Assembly (NCBI RefSeq): GCF_004010195.1
Contig: NC_057720.1
Location: forward strand, 29,227,732 to 29,291,731
Reading direction: 5' to 3'
Length of the DNA stretch: 64,000 nt
DNA from: Chiloscyllium plagiosum
Taxonomy: Eukaryota
How positions within the stretch are numbered: position 1 is the stretch's first letter; each line of letters opens with the position of its first letter. Both the position numbers and the translations under genes were made by a program. The notes under the pieces are model-generated. The model was not told the origin of the DNA. It ran no database searches and worked only from the letters and a program-made list of their open reading frames with translations. Positions 13,245-25,841 of the stretch are shown here, piece by piece.

Positions 13245-13665
13245 TCAGGACTCGAGGGTTTGAGCAACAAATGAATAGGCTGTTTTTTTTTCCCCTGGAA
13301 CGTCAGAGGCTGAGGGGTGACCTTCTGAGGTTTATAAAATCATCAGTGGCAAGGATAGGTTGAATGACCAAGGTCTTTTTCCTAGGGTGGGGAAGTCCAA
13401 AACTAGAGGGCATAGATTTAAGTTGAGAGGGGAAAGACTTAAAAAAGTACCTGAGGGGTAACTTTTTCATGCAGAGGGTAGTGCATGTATGGAATGAGCT
13501 GCCAAATGGTGAAGGCTTGTACAATTATAACATTCATAAGGCACCTATACGAGTATATGAATAGGAAGGGATTTGAGGGATATGGTCCAAATGCTGGCAA
13601 ATGGGATTAGATAAATTAATCTAGTTAGCATGGACCAAATGGTCTTCTATGCTGTACAATTCTCT
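13245..13665 (+). mobile_element. CR1 (HER1-type) LINE 3' fragment
   Basis: gaggctgaggggtgacctt...gtatggaatgagctgcc...gagggatatggtccaaatgctggc; homologous to 62860-63305. Confidence 0.8.
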
Positions 13666-13861
13666 GTCGTAAAGGAGTTATTACCACATTGCACATAATA
13701 TCAGGCACTGTAGGCCCATAATACATGATAGATGGGCTGTTACAGAAACAGAAATTGCTAGAGAAACTCAATAGGTCTGGCAGTTTCTGTGGTGAGAGAA
13801 ACAGAGCTAATGTTTTGATTCCAGTGACACTTAAGAAGGTCTGTTTACCATAAGACATAGG

Positions 13862-14060
13862 TAGAGACAAAAAAACTGCAGATGCTGGAATCCAAAGTAG
13901 ACAACCAGGAGGCTGGAAGAACACAGCAAGCCAGGTAGCATTAGGAGGTGGAGAAGTCAAAGTTTCAGGTACAGCCCTTCTTCAGGATCCGAAACGTTGA
14001 CTTCTCCACTTCCTAAATGCTGCCTGGTTTGCTGTGTTCTTCCAACCTCCTGCTTGCCCA
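13862..14060. mobile_element. Penelope-derived fold-back repeat nested in a CR1 tail
   Basis: caggaggctggaagaacacagcaagccagg and inverted cctggtttgctgtgttcttccaacctcctg; flanking duplication ataagacat(a/t)gg. Confidence 0.65.
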
Positions 14061-14420
14061 AATAAGACATTGGAGCAGAAATTAGTCCATTCTGCCCATC
14101 GAGTCAGCTCTGCCATTTAATCATGGATGATAATTTTCTCAAACTCATCCTCCTGCTTTCTCCCCGTAACCCTTGATCCCCTTGTCAATCAAGAACCTAT
14201 CTATGTCTGTCTTAACTTGACTCAATGGTCTTGCCTCCACTGCTTTCTCTTTTTGTTTTAGATCTTCAGCATCCGCAGTTCTAGTAATAGTCTGGTCCTA
14301 TTGATAAAATATAGTAAACCCAAAACTACTAGGAGATTATACTCTCTCACTACAGAGGTAATGCAATAAGCTTATGTTTCCCTATTCAACGCACTCGGAG
14401 ATTATTACACGCCTATGAAA

Positions 14421-14490
14421 CATGGTGGGACTTGAACCCGGTGCCTCCTATCTCAGAGGTAGGGCACCACCACTGCACTGCCAGTCCCCC
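14421..14490 (-). mobile_element. tRNA-derived SINE head with Pol III A/B boxes, adjacent to the MKNK1 promoter
   Basis: Minus strand: gggggactggcagtgcagtggtggtgccctacctctgagataggaggcaccGGGTTCAAGTCCcacc; related head at about 48743. Confidence 0.55.
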
Positions 14491-14504
14491 CTGATGGACA
14501 AGTC

Positions 14505-14910
14505 AACCAACGGAAAACCGCCCTGACCTCTGAGGACGTGCACGCGCGGGATCCTTCACCTTAACAAGATGGCGCCCAGGAGCAGTCCAATTCCCTTCCC
14601 AAGAGGGCGGCGGGACGGTGGCCGGGAGGCGTCTCGACAGCTCCCTGTGCTCCTGGAATTTCGACTAACCAGTCGCGGCCCGCCGGGAGAGAGGAAGACA
14701 GCAGAGCCGGGCGTCCCGTCCCTGCGGCTTGAGGTAAAAGACCGATCGGAGTTTGTGCCTTACTGTGAGACGGGAGGATGTGGGTTTGTGTGTGTGTGGG
14801 CTGGACTGGACTGGACTGGGGAGGGTGGCGGATAGCTCCCGCCAGCCGGCTCCTCGGCCACCGCTCGACAACTTTTTCTCCCAGTCCCTCACACACAACG
14901 GACACGGTTT
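14505..14910 (+). promoter_or_regulatory. CpG island / MKNK1 promoter with YY1-type motif CAAGATGGCG (14565-14574)
   Basis: Only markedly CpG- and GC-rich non-repeat segment in the window; contains GC boxes (gagggcggcggg) and lies upstream of the MKNK1 exons. Confidence 0.75.
14565..14733 (+). other. MKNK1: Probable MKNK1 first exon (5' end unknown)
   Basis: Lies within the CpG island and ends at donor ttgag|gtaaaa (14733/14734). Confidence 0.55.
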
Positions 14911-16846
14911 GGGATTAGATTGTCAGAAGCTCTTCCTCTCTTTAATTTTTGTTGATCTGTTTGATTTATTTGTAGTTTCCCTCCATCATGAGTTTTTTTT
15001 TCTCCCTTTCCTCTGTGACTGCAGGAACTCAAGACTGTTTATGTTCAGTTAAAAATAGCAAAGGGACTAGGTTTCCCCTGAGGGAAAGGAGTCTTCACTT
15101 TACATTCAGACAATTCTCGATCTTTTGCTGGTTGGGAATTTACCACCATCGTGATCCCCTTTGATTTTCAAATATATTCTTCCCCATCTCAATGGAAATA
15201 AAGCCTCATCGCCTCAGCACTGGCTGAGCTGCTATATCTCTGAACCCAATTCTTCTGTTTTTATTTGTAAAAAGAAGTGTGCCAACCTTTAAAAGTAACA
15301 CTGTCGGAAGGGAACATTGCAGGAGAGGAAACAGTTAAAATTTCGGTTCACTCTGGGCGAGGAAATCGATGAGTTTTAGTCTGTTGTAACTCATGATGCA
15401 GCTCACTGGGACAGTTTCACTATTCAGTGATCACAGTGGGACTGGTATTTCCTCAGAATGCAGTTTTTAAATTTTATTTAAGGCGTCTCTTTGTAACAAA
15501 GCGGCTGCAATCTTATTTTCATGGTATGCATTTTCGTATGTTAAATGAGGTTTATTTGAAACCTATTTCAGTTCATAACTGGATCTGCTGGCGATAAGAT
15601 CCAAGGCGCGTGAAATTTGCTGTCGCACCCACTGGGTAAGTTTCCAAAGTTGTTTGTAAATAATGTTTCGAGGACATAAACTCTGCTAAATGCTATGTGC
15701 GCAAAACAGAAACGATTTAAGTTCTGGTACTTTTGTATTGGATTACTGAAATAGATTCTGGCGAAAAGTAAATGTAGATTTAAAAAGTGGCTCATTCCTA
15801 GGCAATAAAATAGCATGAACGATCTCCGAAGGGTTGTAGTCGGAGTGCAAAATTCAGGGCTGTTCAAAATGCATTTATATTGCAACACGATTGTTAGCTG
15901 CAGTTCAAGTTTCAGCCGAGCAATATAAATGAGCGTTACATGCTGTCCATTTAAAAAAAAACAGGCGTCTACATGAATACATGATTATACGACTGGAGGG
16001 AGAGAGGTGTTTGAAAGTTATTGTCTAAATGGTTAAACAAACTGATTTAAAATTGGTCCAGCATACTTAGCGTTTTTGACAACACTGAATTTACGCTGTA
16101 TGTTGCTGAGTATAATCCCACTTTATTGCTGAATCCTGATTAACGCTAAATTTAAATTCCGTAGTTGTAAACCACTTGTCCCACACGCACTAAACTTGCA
16201 TTATACGAATGGTGTATTCATGCTCGAGAAATGTATCTTGCCCGATATAGCCAAATCTTTTGTCTAATTAGTAATTAAACGGAATTTGTACTAATTGTAG
16301 CATGGGTGTCTATCCAAGGTGTGAAAAATGCACATACTAGGACACGGGAATGTTGTACTTTGTTTAAAAACAATTTCTAAAAGGTTCATTTTTCTCCTCT
16401 TAACGTTCAGATGTTCAACAGGTGGATCCCCGAACTGTCAGCTGTGCTTTGGGGATTTTTGCTTAGAAATTCAGTGTGAGTGTTAGATTTTCTTTCAGAT
16501 TTAGGGTTTGCCATATTGGCTACTACTAACATTTCTTAGTGATATTTTATAGCCATGAGGGATAAATTAGATGTTTTTGTGAGAATACTTATGGTGGATT
16601 TTCAGTGATGCGAAATGTTGTTTTGACCTGAAGCCCCCCAACACTGTGCAGACCCAGTTGTCTCAGGTGGTAAGACTTCTGCATTACCACTCACCTAGCT
16701 GCTGCTCCCACTAGTGGGGTATCTGTGTTGGGCTTTCACATCTTTACAATTTACATCAGTGGCATAGATGAAGGAAACGATGGCATGGCAGCTAAATTTG
16801 CAGACTACAAAAATACAGGTTTTTAAAAAAAGTATGTTCGGAAGAA

Positions 16847-17174
16847 GGGACTGCACGGTTGCTTAGTGGTTGGCACTGCTGCCCCACAGTGCCAGGGATC
16901 CAGGTTTGATTCCAGACTTGGGTGCCTGTGTGTGACGTTTGCATATTCTCCCCGAATCTGCATGGATCTTCTCCAGGTGCTTTGGTTTCTTTCCACAGTC
17001 CAAAGGTGTGCATGTTAAGTGGGTTTGCCATGCTAAATTGCCAATAGTGTCCATGGATTAGCCATTGAAAATGGAGGGTTACAGGGTTAGTTTGGACTGG
17101 GTGGGATTCTCTTAGAAGGGTCAGTGTGGACTCAATGGGCTGAATGGCTTGCTCCTACACCTTAGGGATTCTAT
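16847..17174 (+). mobile_element. HE1/V-SINE-type SINE, inserted in a decayed CR1 fragment
   Basis: tRNA head (cacggttgcttagtggttggcactgctgcc...ggtttgattcc), V-domain-like core, gggattctat tail. Confidence 0.85.
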
Positions 17175-18023
17175 AAGTACTAAGGAATTTGCAGATGTAC
17201 ATAGATTAAATGGGTAAAAATCCAGCAGGTGGAATGTGATGCAGGAAAATGTGAAGGAAGAATAAAAGAAACAGAATATTACTTAAGCAGAGAACTGTAG
17301 AATTTGAGGTGTAGAGGGATTAGATGTTCTAGTATAAGTCAAAAAATGTTAGTGTACAGATAAAGCACATAACGAAAAAGTCTAATGAGGTGATTTCCTT
17401 AATTGAGAGGAATTGAGCACAAAAAGAGGGATTACCGGAGTTTGATTTGCTTTTCTAATCATCTGCTATACTTGTATCCCGGTCTTTAGTACTTCATACA
17501 CCCAGACACCAACACTCTGTGTATAATTGTATTCTTCCATCTGCCTCCATTTTATAGTACACTGTTTCTATATTCTTCCAGCCAAGTGGACCAATTTACT
17601 TTTTCCCCTGTGCCCAAGTTTGCTCACTTGTTTATAACCTATTTGTAAACTTTTTACCTCTTGCTAACTTAAATTCCACCTATTATGGTGTTACTGGCAA
17701 ATTTAGTTTGCTTCCTTCATCTAAATCATTAATATAGATTCCAAGTTGTTGAGGCCCGCCAGTGATTCCTGTGATTGTCCAGAACCTTTAGCTGAATTTG
17801 CAGCTAAATCCTGATAAAGACCCCATTTATCTTCACCCTCTGATTCCTGTTAGCTACCCAATCTTTTATCCGTGCCAATAGGTTATCACCTACACACAAG
17901 CTCTTGTTTTCTGTAGTGACCTTCATGACAGCTTATTAAATGCCTTTTGGAAATTCAAGTACAGGTACGTCTTATCCACAGGATCCTCTTTATCCACAGT
18001 GCTTTTATTTCTGCAAAGGACTC

Positions 18024-18313
18024 TAGATTAGATTCCCTACAGGGTGGAAACAGGCCCTTCTGCCCAACAAGTCCACACTGACCCTCCAAGGAGCAACCCA
18101 TCCAGACCCGTTCCCCTACATTCACCCCTGACTAATGTACCTAATACTACGGGCAATTTAGCATGGCCAATTCACCTAACCTGCATATCTTTGGACTGTG
18201 GGAGGAAACCGGAGCACCCGGAGGAAACCCACGGAGACATTAAGAGGACGTGCAAACTCAACACAGACAGTTGCCCGAGGGTGGAATTGAACCTGGGTCC
18301 CTGGCACTGTGAG
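18024..18313 (-). mobile_element. HE1/V-SINE-type SINE
   Basis: Reverse complement of the 20585 copy; ggaggaaaccggagcacccggaggaaacccac core. Confidence 0.85.
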
Positions 18314-18504
18314 TTAATCATAATATTAGTTAATCATAATGTTGCTTTCACGACCATGTTGACCGTGCCTGAATCCATGATGATTTTCCAGGTAATCTGC
18401 AATAACCTCTTTAGTAATGGATTGTAGCATTTTGCTTTGGTAGGTAGTAGGCTTGTTCACTTATAATTTCCTGTTTTCTGTTTCCCTCCTTTTAAAAACA
18501 AAGA

Positions 18505-21010
18505 GTGGAGCACAGGAACAGGCCCATTGGCTGATCAGAACTGCGCCGACATGATGCCTTTTTAAACTAAAACCTTTTTGCCTTTATGCAGTCTATATCC
18601 CCCATTCCCTGCCTATTCATACATATGTCTAGAAGCCTCTTAAATGTTGCTTTTGTATCTGTCTCAACCACCACCTCTGGCAGATCATTCCAGGCATACA
18701 TCACACTCTGTGTTTAAAAACAAAACTTGCCTCTCACATCTCCTTTAAACTTTGCCCCCTTTTACCTTCAACATATGCCCTCTAGTACCTTGGGAAAAAA
18801 GGCTCCGACTGTCCATTTTATCTGTGCCTCTCGTAATTTTGTAAACTTCTATCAGGTCGCCCCTCATCCTTCGATGTTCAAGGTAAAGGTATTTCTATAC
18901 CCCATCCAAAGCCTACGCATCCTTTTGGTAGTGTGGTGATCAGAATTGTACACACTGTCCCAAATGTGACCTAACTAAATTTCTATATGCTGCAACATGA
19001 TTTGCTAATTTTTATACTCTATACCTTGACCAATGAAGGCAAGCATGCCATAAGCCTACTTGATCACCTTATCCACTTGTGTTGCCATTTTCAAGCAACT
19101 ATGGATCTATACACCTAGATCCCACTGTATGCTGATGCTATTCAGGGCTCTGCCATTTACTGTATACTTCCCACTTGCATTAGATCATCCGAAGTGCATC
19201 ACTTGGCATTTGTCTGGGTTAAACTTCATCTACCATTTCTCTGCCTAAGTGTCCAGCCTATCTTTATCCTGCTGTATCTTCTGGCAATCCTCAAATCCAC
19301 AGCTTCCCCAATCTTTATGGTGTGTGCAAACTTACTAATCAGAGCATCCACGTTCTCCTCGATCATTTATATATATTACAAAAAACAGGGGTCCCAGCAG
19401 AGATTCCTACAGGACACACTGGTAATGGATCTCCAGTCAGAAAATTACTTCCACCACCACTATTTATTTTCTATGATTAAGCCAATTCTGTATTCATCTT
19501 TCCAGCTCACCATGGATCCCACATGAATTTACCTTGAATTCACTTTTTATAATGTCAAAAGCCTTGCTAAAGTCCCTATAGACAATATATAGTGCCCTGC
19601 TCTGATCAATCATCTTTGTAACTTTTTCAAAAAATCTCAATAAAGTTTGTAAGTCATGACCTTGCCAATCGCGGCCATGCTAGCTGTTGCTAATGAGCCC
19701 ATAATTTTTGAACTGTAAGTAAGTCCTATCCCTTTGTATCTTCTATGATAATTTGGCTAGCACTAAGGTAAGGATTACTGGCCGATAATTTCTCAGATTA
19801 TCTCTGTTGCCCTTCTTAAACAAAGGAACAATGTGGCTATTCTCCAGTCCTCTGGGATCTTTCCTGTGACTAAAGAGGATACAAAGATTTCAAACAAGGC
19901 CCCAGCAATTTCCTCACCCGCTTCCCTCAGCATTCTGTGATGGATCACATCAGGTCCTGGGGACTTGTCAACCTTAATGCTTTTCAAAACACTCAACACC
20001 TTTTTTTTTATATATAGTAACATGCCCTAGAATATCAACATACCCCTCCTGAGACTCCCCATTCATCATGTCTTCCTCTTTTGTGAATAATGATGACAAA
20101 GTATTTATTGAGAACCTTAACTACTTCCTCTGGCTCCACACACAAATTCCCTCTTTTGTCCTTGAGTGGACCTACCCTTTCCCCATCTACCCTCTTACTC
20201 TTTGTATTTGTATAAAATGCCTTGGAATTTGCTTAATCCTGTTTGACAAAGACATTTCATGACTCGTTTTACTTCTCCTAATTCATTTCTTGAGTTCTTT
20301 CATGCTATCTTTGTATTCTTCAAAGTCTCTGTCTATCTTCAGTTTCTAATTTTATGTATGTCTCCTTTTTTTTCTCTTTGATTAAGCTCTCACTTTCTTT
20401 TGTTTTCAAAGATTCCTGAATCTTGCCATTCTTATCCTTTATTTTTGCAGGAACATATTGGTCCTGAACTCTAATCAGCTAGCAATTTAAAAAAAAAAGT
20501 TCCTGTGTCCCATACGTGGATTTACACTCAAGTAGCTGCCCCGAATTTACATTCCCCAGTTCGTACACAATATTGTGTAATTGTATGGTGGCTCAGTGGT
20601 TAGCACTGCTGCCTCACAGCACCAGAGTCCCAGGTTCAATTCCAGCCTCAGGCGACTGTCTGTTTGGAGTTTGTGCATTCACCCCGTGTCTGCGTGAGTT
20701 TCCTCCAGGTGCACCAGTTTCCTTCCACAGTCGAAAGATGTGCAGGTCAGGTGAATTGGCCTTGCTAAATTGCCCACAGTGTTAGGTGCATTAGTCAGAG
20801 GGAAATGGGTCTGGGTGTGTTACTCTTCAGAAGGTCGGTGTGGACTGGTTGGGCCCAAGGGCCTGTTTCCACAGTGTAGGGAATCTAATAGTCTAATCTG
20901 TCAGCCTTCTCCCAGTTTAGTGCTTTCACACAAGGACTACTCTTATCCTTATCCATAAGTAACTTAAAACTTACAGATTTATGGTCACTGCTCGCGAAAT
21001 GCTCCCCCCA
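18505..21010 (-). mobile_element. Decayed CR1 LINE ORF2 (interrupted by a SINE at 20585-20899)
   Basis: ORF 19793-20023 IKVDKSPGPDVIHHRMLREAGEEIAGALFEIF...PEDWRIA is a canonical CR1 pre-RT motif. Confidence 0.85.
20585..20899 (+). mobile_element. HE1/V-SINE-type SINE, near full length
   Basis: ggtggctcagtggttagcactgctgcctcacagc...ggttcaattcc...tttccacagtgtagggaatctaat. Confidence 0.9.
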
Positions 21011-21610
21011 CTGAAATTATCTCCTAATTCTCACCATGGAAGCCACGAAGACTGGTCCCAGCTGATATATTGCAATGCTGTGTGGCCAGGACTTGAAAAG
21101 CGTGGCTGACAGCAGGCAGAGATGCAGCTTTATTCTGGAGGTGAGTTTGGTTCCCCAGATGTATTAGTAATATTATAGGTACTGGTGTTTGTTAGAGGGA
21201 ATTTCTTATAGAATTGTGTGTCCTTCAACTTTAGATATTTGATAGAATACTATGTAAGCATTGCTATCAGAATCTTACCTATTGACCCACTGCAACGTTG
21301 TAACAGACCCAAAGTCCAGTTTACAGTTCATCTAATTCAAAATATTAAACCCCTTGGCACAACATTGTGTAACTGTGTGCAGAATAGCATGGCTTAAACA
21401 TGCTCCTTTCTGGAATTAAGGTTGTCTGAAGTGTATTATTTTCAGATATGTAATTGAACACTAAATGGTGCATCTGCAGAAATGAGAAGGGACATTTCCA
21501 ACCATCAGTTTTATACCACTTGAAGATGTTAATACTTTGTGTTAAATTGTCCATCCATGAAAGGCATTTAGTGTCTGGTACACTGCTCAGATAACAAGTA
21601 TTTATTTACA

Positions 21611-21815
21611 ATCAAAAGCAGAAATTGCTGGAAAAACTCAGCAGGTCTGGCAGCATCTGTGGAGCGAAAGCAGAGTTAACACTTTGGATCCCTTCTTCAG
21701 AACTGATAGTTCTGGAACTGAAACATTAACTCTGCTTTCTCTCCACAGGTGCTGTCATATCTGAGTTTTATAAGCAACTTCTGTTTTTGTTTCTGCTTTC
21801 CAGCATCAGTTTTTT
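21611..21815. mobile_element. Penelope-derived fold-back repeat, family B
   Basis: aaagcagagttaac ... ttaactctgctttc inverted arms; ttcagaact/agttctggaa centre. Confidence 0.6.
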
Positions 21816-23339
21816 GTTTGTCATCATCCAAACTCCTAAATGAATGTCGGCAGGATATGTATTGCTAGGGAGTTACAGCTGATCCTGATGCTGTCTGTAA
21901 GGATCCTCACCTGCCAGCAAGGATTATTGATGCTCAAACAGAAACGAGAATCCTCGTTAAGTATATTTCATCCCTCATCCAGTCAACTCATATTATGTTG
22001 TACATTTGCTCGCTGAGCCGGTAGATTTGTTCTCAGATATTTTGTCACCATGCTAGGTAACATCATCATTGACCTTCCGATGAAGTGCTGGTGTTCTGTC
22101 CTGCTTGCTATTTATGTAAATAACTGATATCAGCTAACTCATACAGAGCTGGAATCAACTATGGAGCATCCATGTCTATTAGCGTACTCCTCTATAAATT
22201 CATCGAGCCCTGGAGCTTGGCCAATGACTTGTTATACTAACAGGATACGCTGAAAGAGAAAGATTTCATGCTATAAACTTGTGAAAAAAAAATCAGTTCT
22301 CCGGTTATTATTTAGTCTCCTAAATGGACAACAGCCTTTGTGTGCTGATAAACTGCTTTTGTCTCCAGCCATTAACATCTTACCTAATCTTCTGATTTAT
22401 CTCATCACAGGAATTGATACAATATATGAAAACAATTTAGGGTGATGTTGAAAATAATTTGAGGGTGCAGTTGTCTTGTGTTTCATTCTTGCTTGCGTGT
22501 ATGTTTAAATAGACATTTTCAATCTGATTTGACATTTGGATAATTTTCTTTGAACTGACCAGAGTTGAGCTATTTTTCTAAAGCCCAAACTACTAAAGAG
22601 GAAGCAGACTGATCGAAAGGAGGGCAAGATTATGATAACAGTGCATTGTGCTGAGTAATAGGTCTGAAGAAGCTAAATTTTCAAAGCGTTTTAATGTCAT
22701 GAAGCACATTGTGGCGGTAGTTACAACAATATTGCAGCAGAAGAAACTTTTCAGAAAGATAAGGCATTGCACAGTGCCTTGCTTATAATATGAATAGCAG
22801 TCAAGATTGAAGTAAACTTATGACAGCCTTAATCATTTGGCTCAATTTTACAAATCTTGTAATGTTTATTTAATTGGATTTTTAATTAGTTGAATTAGTT
22901 TAGTAAGTTACTTTGGTTTCTACCTTTATAAACCATCAGAACATCTGTAATAGGCTTAAAATGCCACTAATGTCCATCTTTATCTTCAGTATTATCCATT
23001 CGAAACATGCCTGATAATTCGCTTACAAATGTAATTACCATATTACATAATTCATCCTGGTTATTTACTTTGTGTAGCTATTGGTGACTTGGGAACAACC
23101 CATAGTTAGAACACACAACTACAGGGAGCACTGGAGATATTGCATAGATGATTTAATATTTTTAATATTTTAATTTAAAAAAAAAACTCTTTGGAAGAAG
23201 CTTTCGGAAAGAAATTAAGAATACTCTTGTTGAAAGGTGAATTGTTATTGATAGACTCTTTGCCTGGAGAATAATGTAGAAAATAAAGATTCTTGTTTAG
23301 GCTGTGAATAATGATTTAGTGCAACCATTTGGAAGCTGA

Positions 23340-25630
23340 ATATCTAAGGATATATCGAAAAGATGGGTAGAGGGGGTGGGGTTGCCTTATTAGTAAGAAA
23401 TGAAGTTAAATCAATAGTAAGAAACAAAGTAGGGTCAGATGATGTAGGATCTGTGCGGGTAGAATTAAGGAACTGCAAAGGTGAAAAAACCATAGTTGGA
23501 GTTATGTACAGGCCTCCAAATGGTAGTCAGGAGCGGGGGCGCAAGATACACAAGGAGATAGAAAAGATGTGTAAGGAAGGCAAAGTTACAGTGATCATGG
23601 AGAATTTCAATCTGCAGGTGGTCTGGGAAAATCACGTTGGTAGTCAGTTACAAGAAAAGGAATTTGTGGAATGTCTATGAGATGGCTTTTTGGAGCAGCT
23701 TTGGTGGAGCCCACTAGGGAACAGGCAATACTGGATTTAATGTTATGTAATAAGGCAGACTTGATAAAGGAGCTTAAGGTGAAGGAGCACTTAGGAGGCA
23801 GTGATCATAATATGATTGAAGTTACTTTGCAATTTAAGAGGGTGAAGATAGAATCAGAGGCAATGGCATTACAGCTTAATAAAGGCAACTACAGAGGCAT
23901 GATGGAGGAGCTGGGCAGAATTGACTGGAAGAGAAGCCTAGTAGGAAAGGCAGTGGAATGGGAATGGCAGGAGTTTCTGGGAGTAGTTCGGGCAACACAG
24001 CAGAGATTCATCCTGAGGAAAAAGAAGCATGGTACAGGGAAGATGAGGAGAAAGTGAGGACTGCAGATGCTGGCAGTCAGAGTCGCGAGTTGAGTACTGG
24101 AAAAGCACAGCAGGTCAGGCAACATCCAAGGAGCAGGAGAATCGACGTTTTGGGCAAGGGCCCTTCATTCTTAATGAAGGGATCTTGCCTAAAACATTGA
24201 TTTTCCTGCTGCTTGGATTTTGCCTGACCTGCTGTGCTTTTCTAGCACCCCACACCCGACAGGGAGGATGAGGCAACCATGGCTGACTAGTGAAGTCAGG
24301 GATAGCATAAAAGCAAAAGAGAAATGTGGCAAAGGGCAGTGGGAAACCAGAGGATTGGGAAGCTTACAAAGACCAACAAGGGATGAGATTTCTGAATGCT
24401 TGGAGGTGTGTGGTAAAATAGGACAAAGTCAGCATGGTTTCATCAAGGGGAGGTCATGTCTGACAAATCGGCTAGAATTCTTTGAGGAAGTAATGAGCAG
24501 GTTAGACCGAGGAGAGCCAATGAATGTTAACTACCTGGACTTCAAGAAGGACTTTGACAAGGTGCCGCACAAGAGGTGCGCATGGATAGAAGCTTGGCTA
24601 TCTGGCAGAAAGCAGAGAGTGGGGATGAAAAGATCTTTCTCAGGCTGGCAGCTAGTAACAAATGGTGTTCCGCAAGGGTCAGTGTTGGGACTGCAATTTT
24701 TCACTTTATACATTAATGATCTAGATGAAGGAATTGAGGGCATATCTTTGCAGATGATACAAAGATAGGGAGGAGAAGGAATTGCATAGGTTAGGAGAGT
24801 GGGCAAAGTGGCAGATGGAGTATAATATGGGAAAGTGTGAGGTCATACACTTTGGCAAGAAGAATAGAGGCATGGTTTATTTTCTAAATGAGGAGAAAAT
24901 TCAGAAGTCTAAAGTGCAAAGAGACTTGGGAGTTTTAGTCCAGGATTCTCTCAAGATAAACTTGCAGGTTGAGTCAGTAGTTAGGAAGGCAAATGCAATG
25001 TTGGTATTTTAAGAGGACTTGAACATAAAAGCAGGGATGTACTTCTGAGGATGTATAAGGTTCTGGTCAGGCTACCTTTGGAGTATCATGCACAGTTTTA
25101 GGCTCCAAATCTCAGGAAGGAATAACTGGCTGTGGAGTGGGTTCAGAGGAGATTCACAAGAATTGTCCCAGGAATGAAAAGCTTAACATATGAGGAAAGT
25201 TTGAGGACTCTGAGTCTATAGTCGATGAAGTTTAGAAGAACAAGGGGAGATCTAACTGGAAAATACAGAATACTGAATGGCCTGGACAGAGTGGATGTTG
25301 GGAAGATGTTTCCATTGGTAGGAGAGACTAGGACCCGAGGGCACATCTTTAGAGTAAAGGGAAGACTTTTTAGAATGGAGATAAGGAGAAACCTCTTCAG
25401 CCAGAGAGTGGTGAATCTATGGAATCCACTGCCACAGAAGACTGAGGAGGCCAGGTCATTGAATATATTTAAGACAGAGATTGATAGGTTCTTGATTGTC
25501 AGGGTGATCAAGGCTTATGGCGAGAAAGTGAGAGAATTGGGTTAAGAAACTTATCAGCCATGATTGAATGGCAGAACAGGTGTAATAGGCTGAATGGCCT
25601 AATTTCTGCTCCTTGTCTTATAGTCTTGTA
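23340..25630 (+). mobile_element. CR1 LINE ORF2 (endonuclease-RT), internally deleted and frameshifted
   Basis: GGGVALLV, YRPP, PTREQAILDL, GGSDHN, QHGFIKGRSCLTN, YLDFKKDFDKVPH, GVPQGSVLG and CR1 3' tail. Confidence 0.92.
24049..24258. mobile_element. Penelope-derived fold-back insertion (family A) inside CR1
   Basis: 15-bp TSD acaggga(a/g)gatgagg at 24034-24048 and 24259-24273; inverted arms. Confidence 0.8.
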
Positions 25631-25841
25631 GCCATTTACTGCCCTTCATTTAATCTGAGCTGCTTTCTTCACCAGTTGAGCTTTTTGTTTCTGTTCGCTT
25701 CTTCCACTACTCTTGCATTCAGTCTCAAGAAGTCATTGTCACCTTCCAGTTGACAGTGTCAATGATGACTTTCTTGATTTCAATGGTTTCTTCTTTGTTT
25801 AGTTCCACTAAAATGTTTACTTTATTGCACAATTGACAGAT

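Noticed and set aside
14561..14905. Several overlapping ORFs in the CpG island
   Set aside because: Expected from high GC and few stop codons; no recognisable protein
15025..15070. Strong acceptor just after the CpG island
   Set aside because: No convincing donor nearby; exon cannot be defined
20585..20660. tRNA-like sequences (also 45487, 50067, 16847)
   Set aside because: Heads of SINEs, followed by SINE body and tail; no complete cloverleaf
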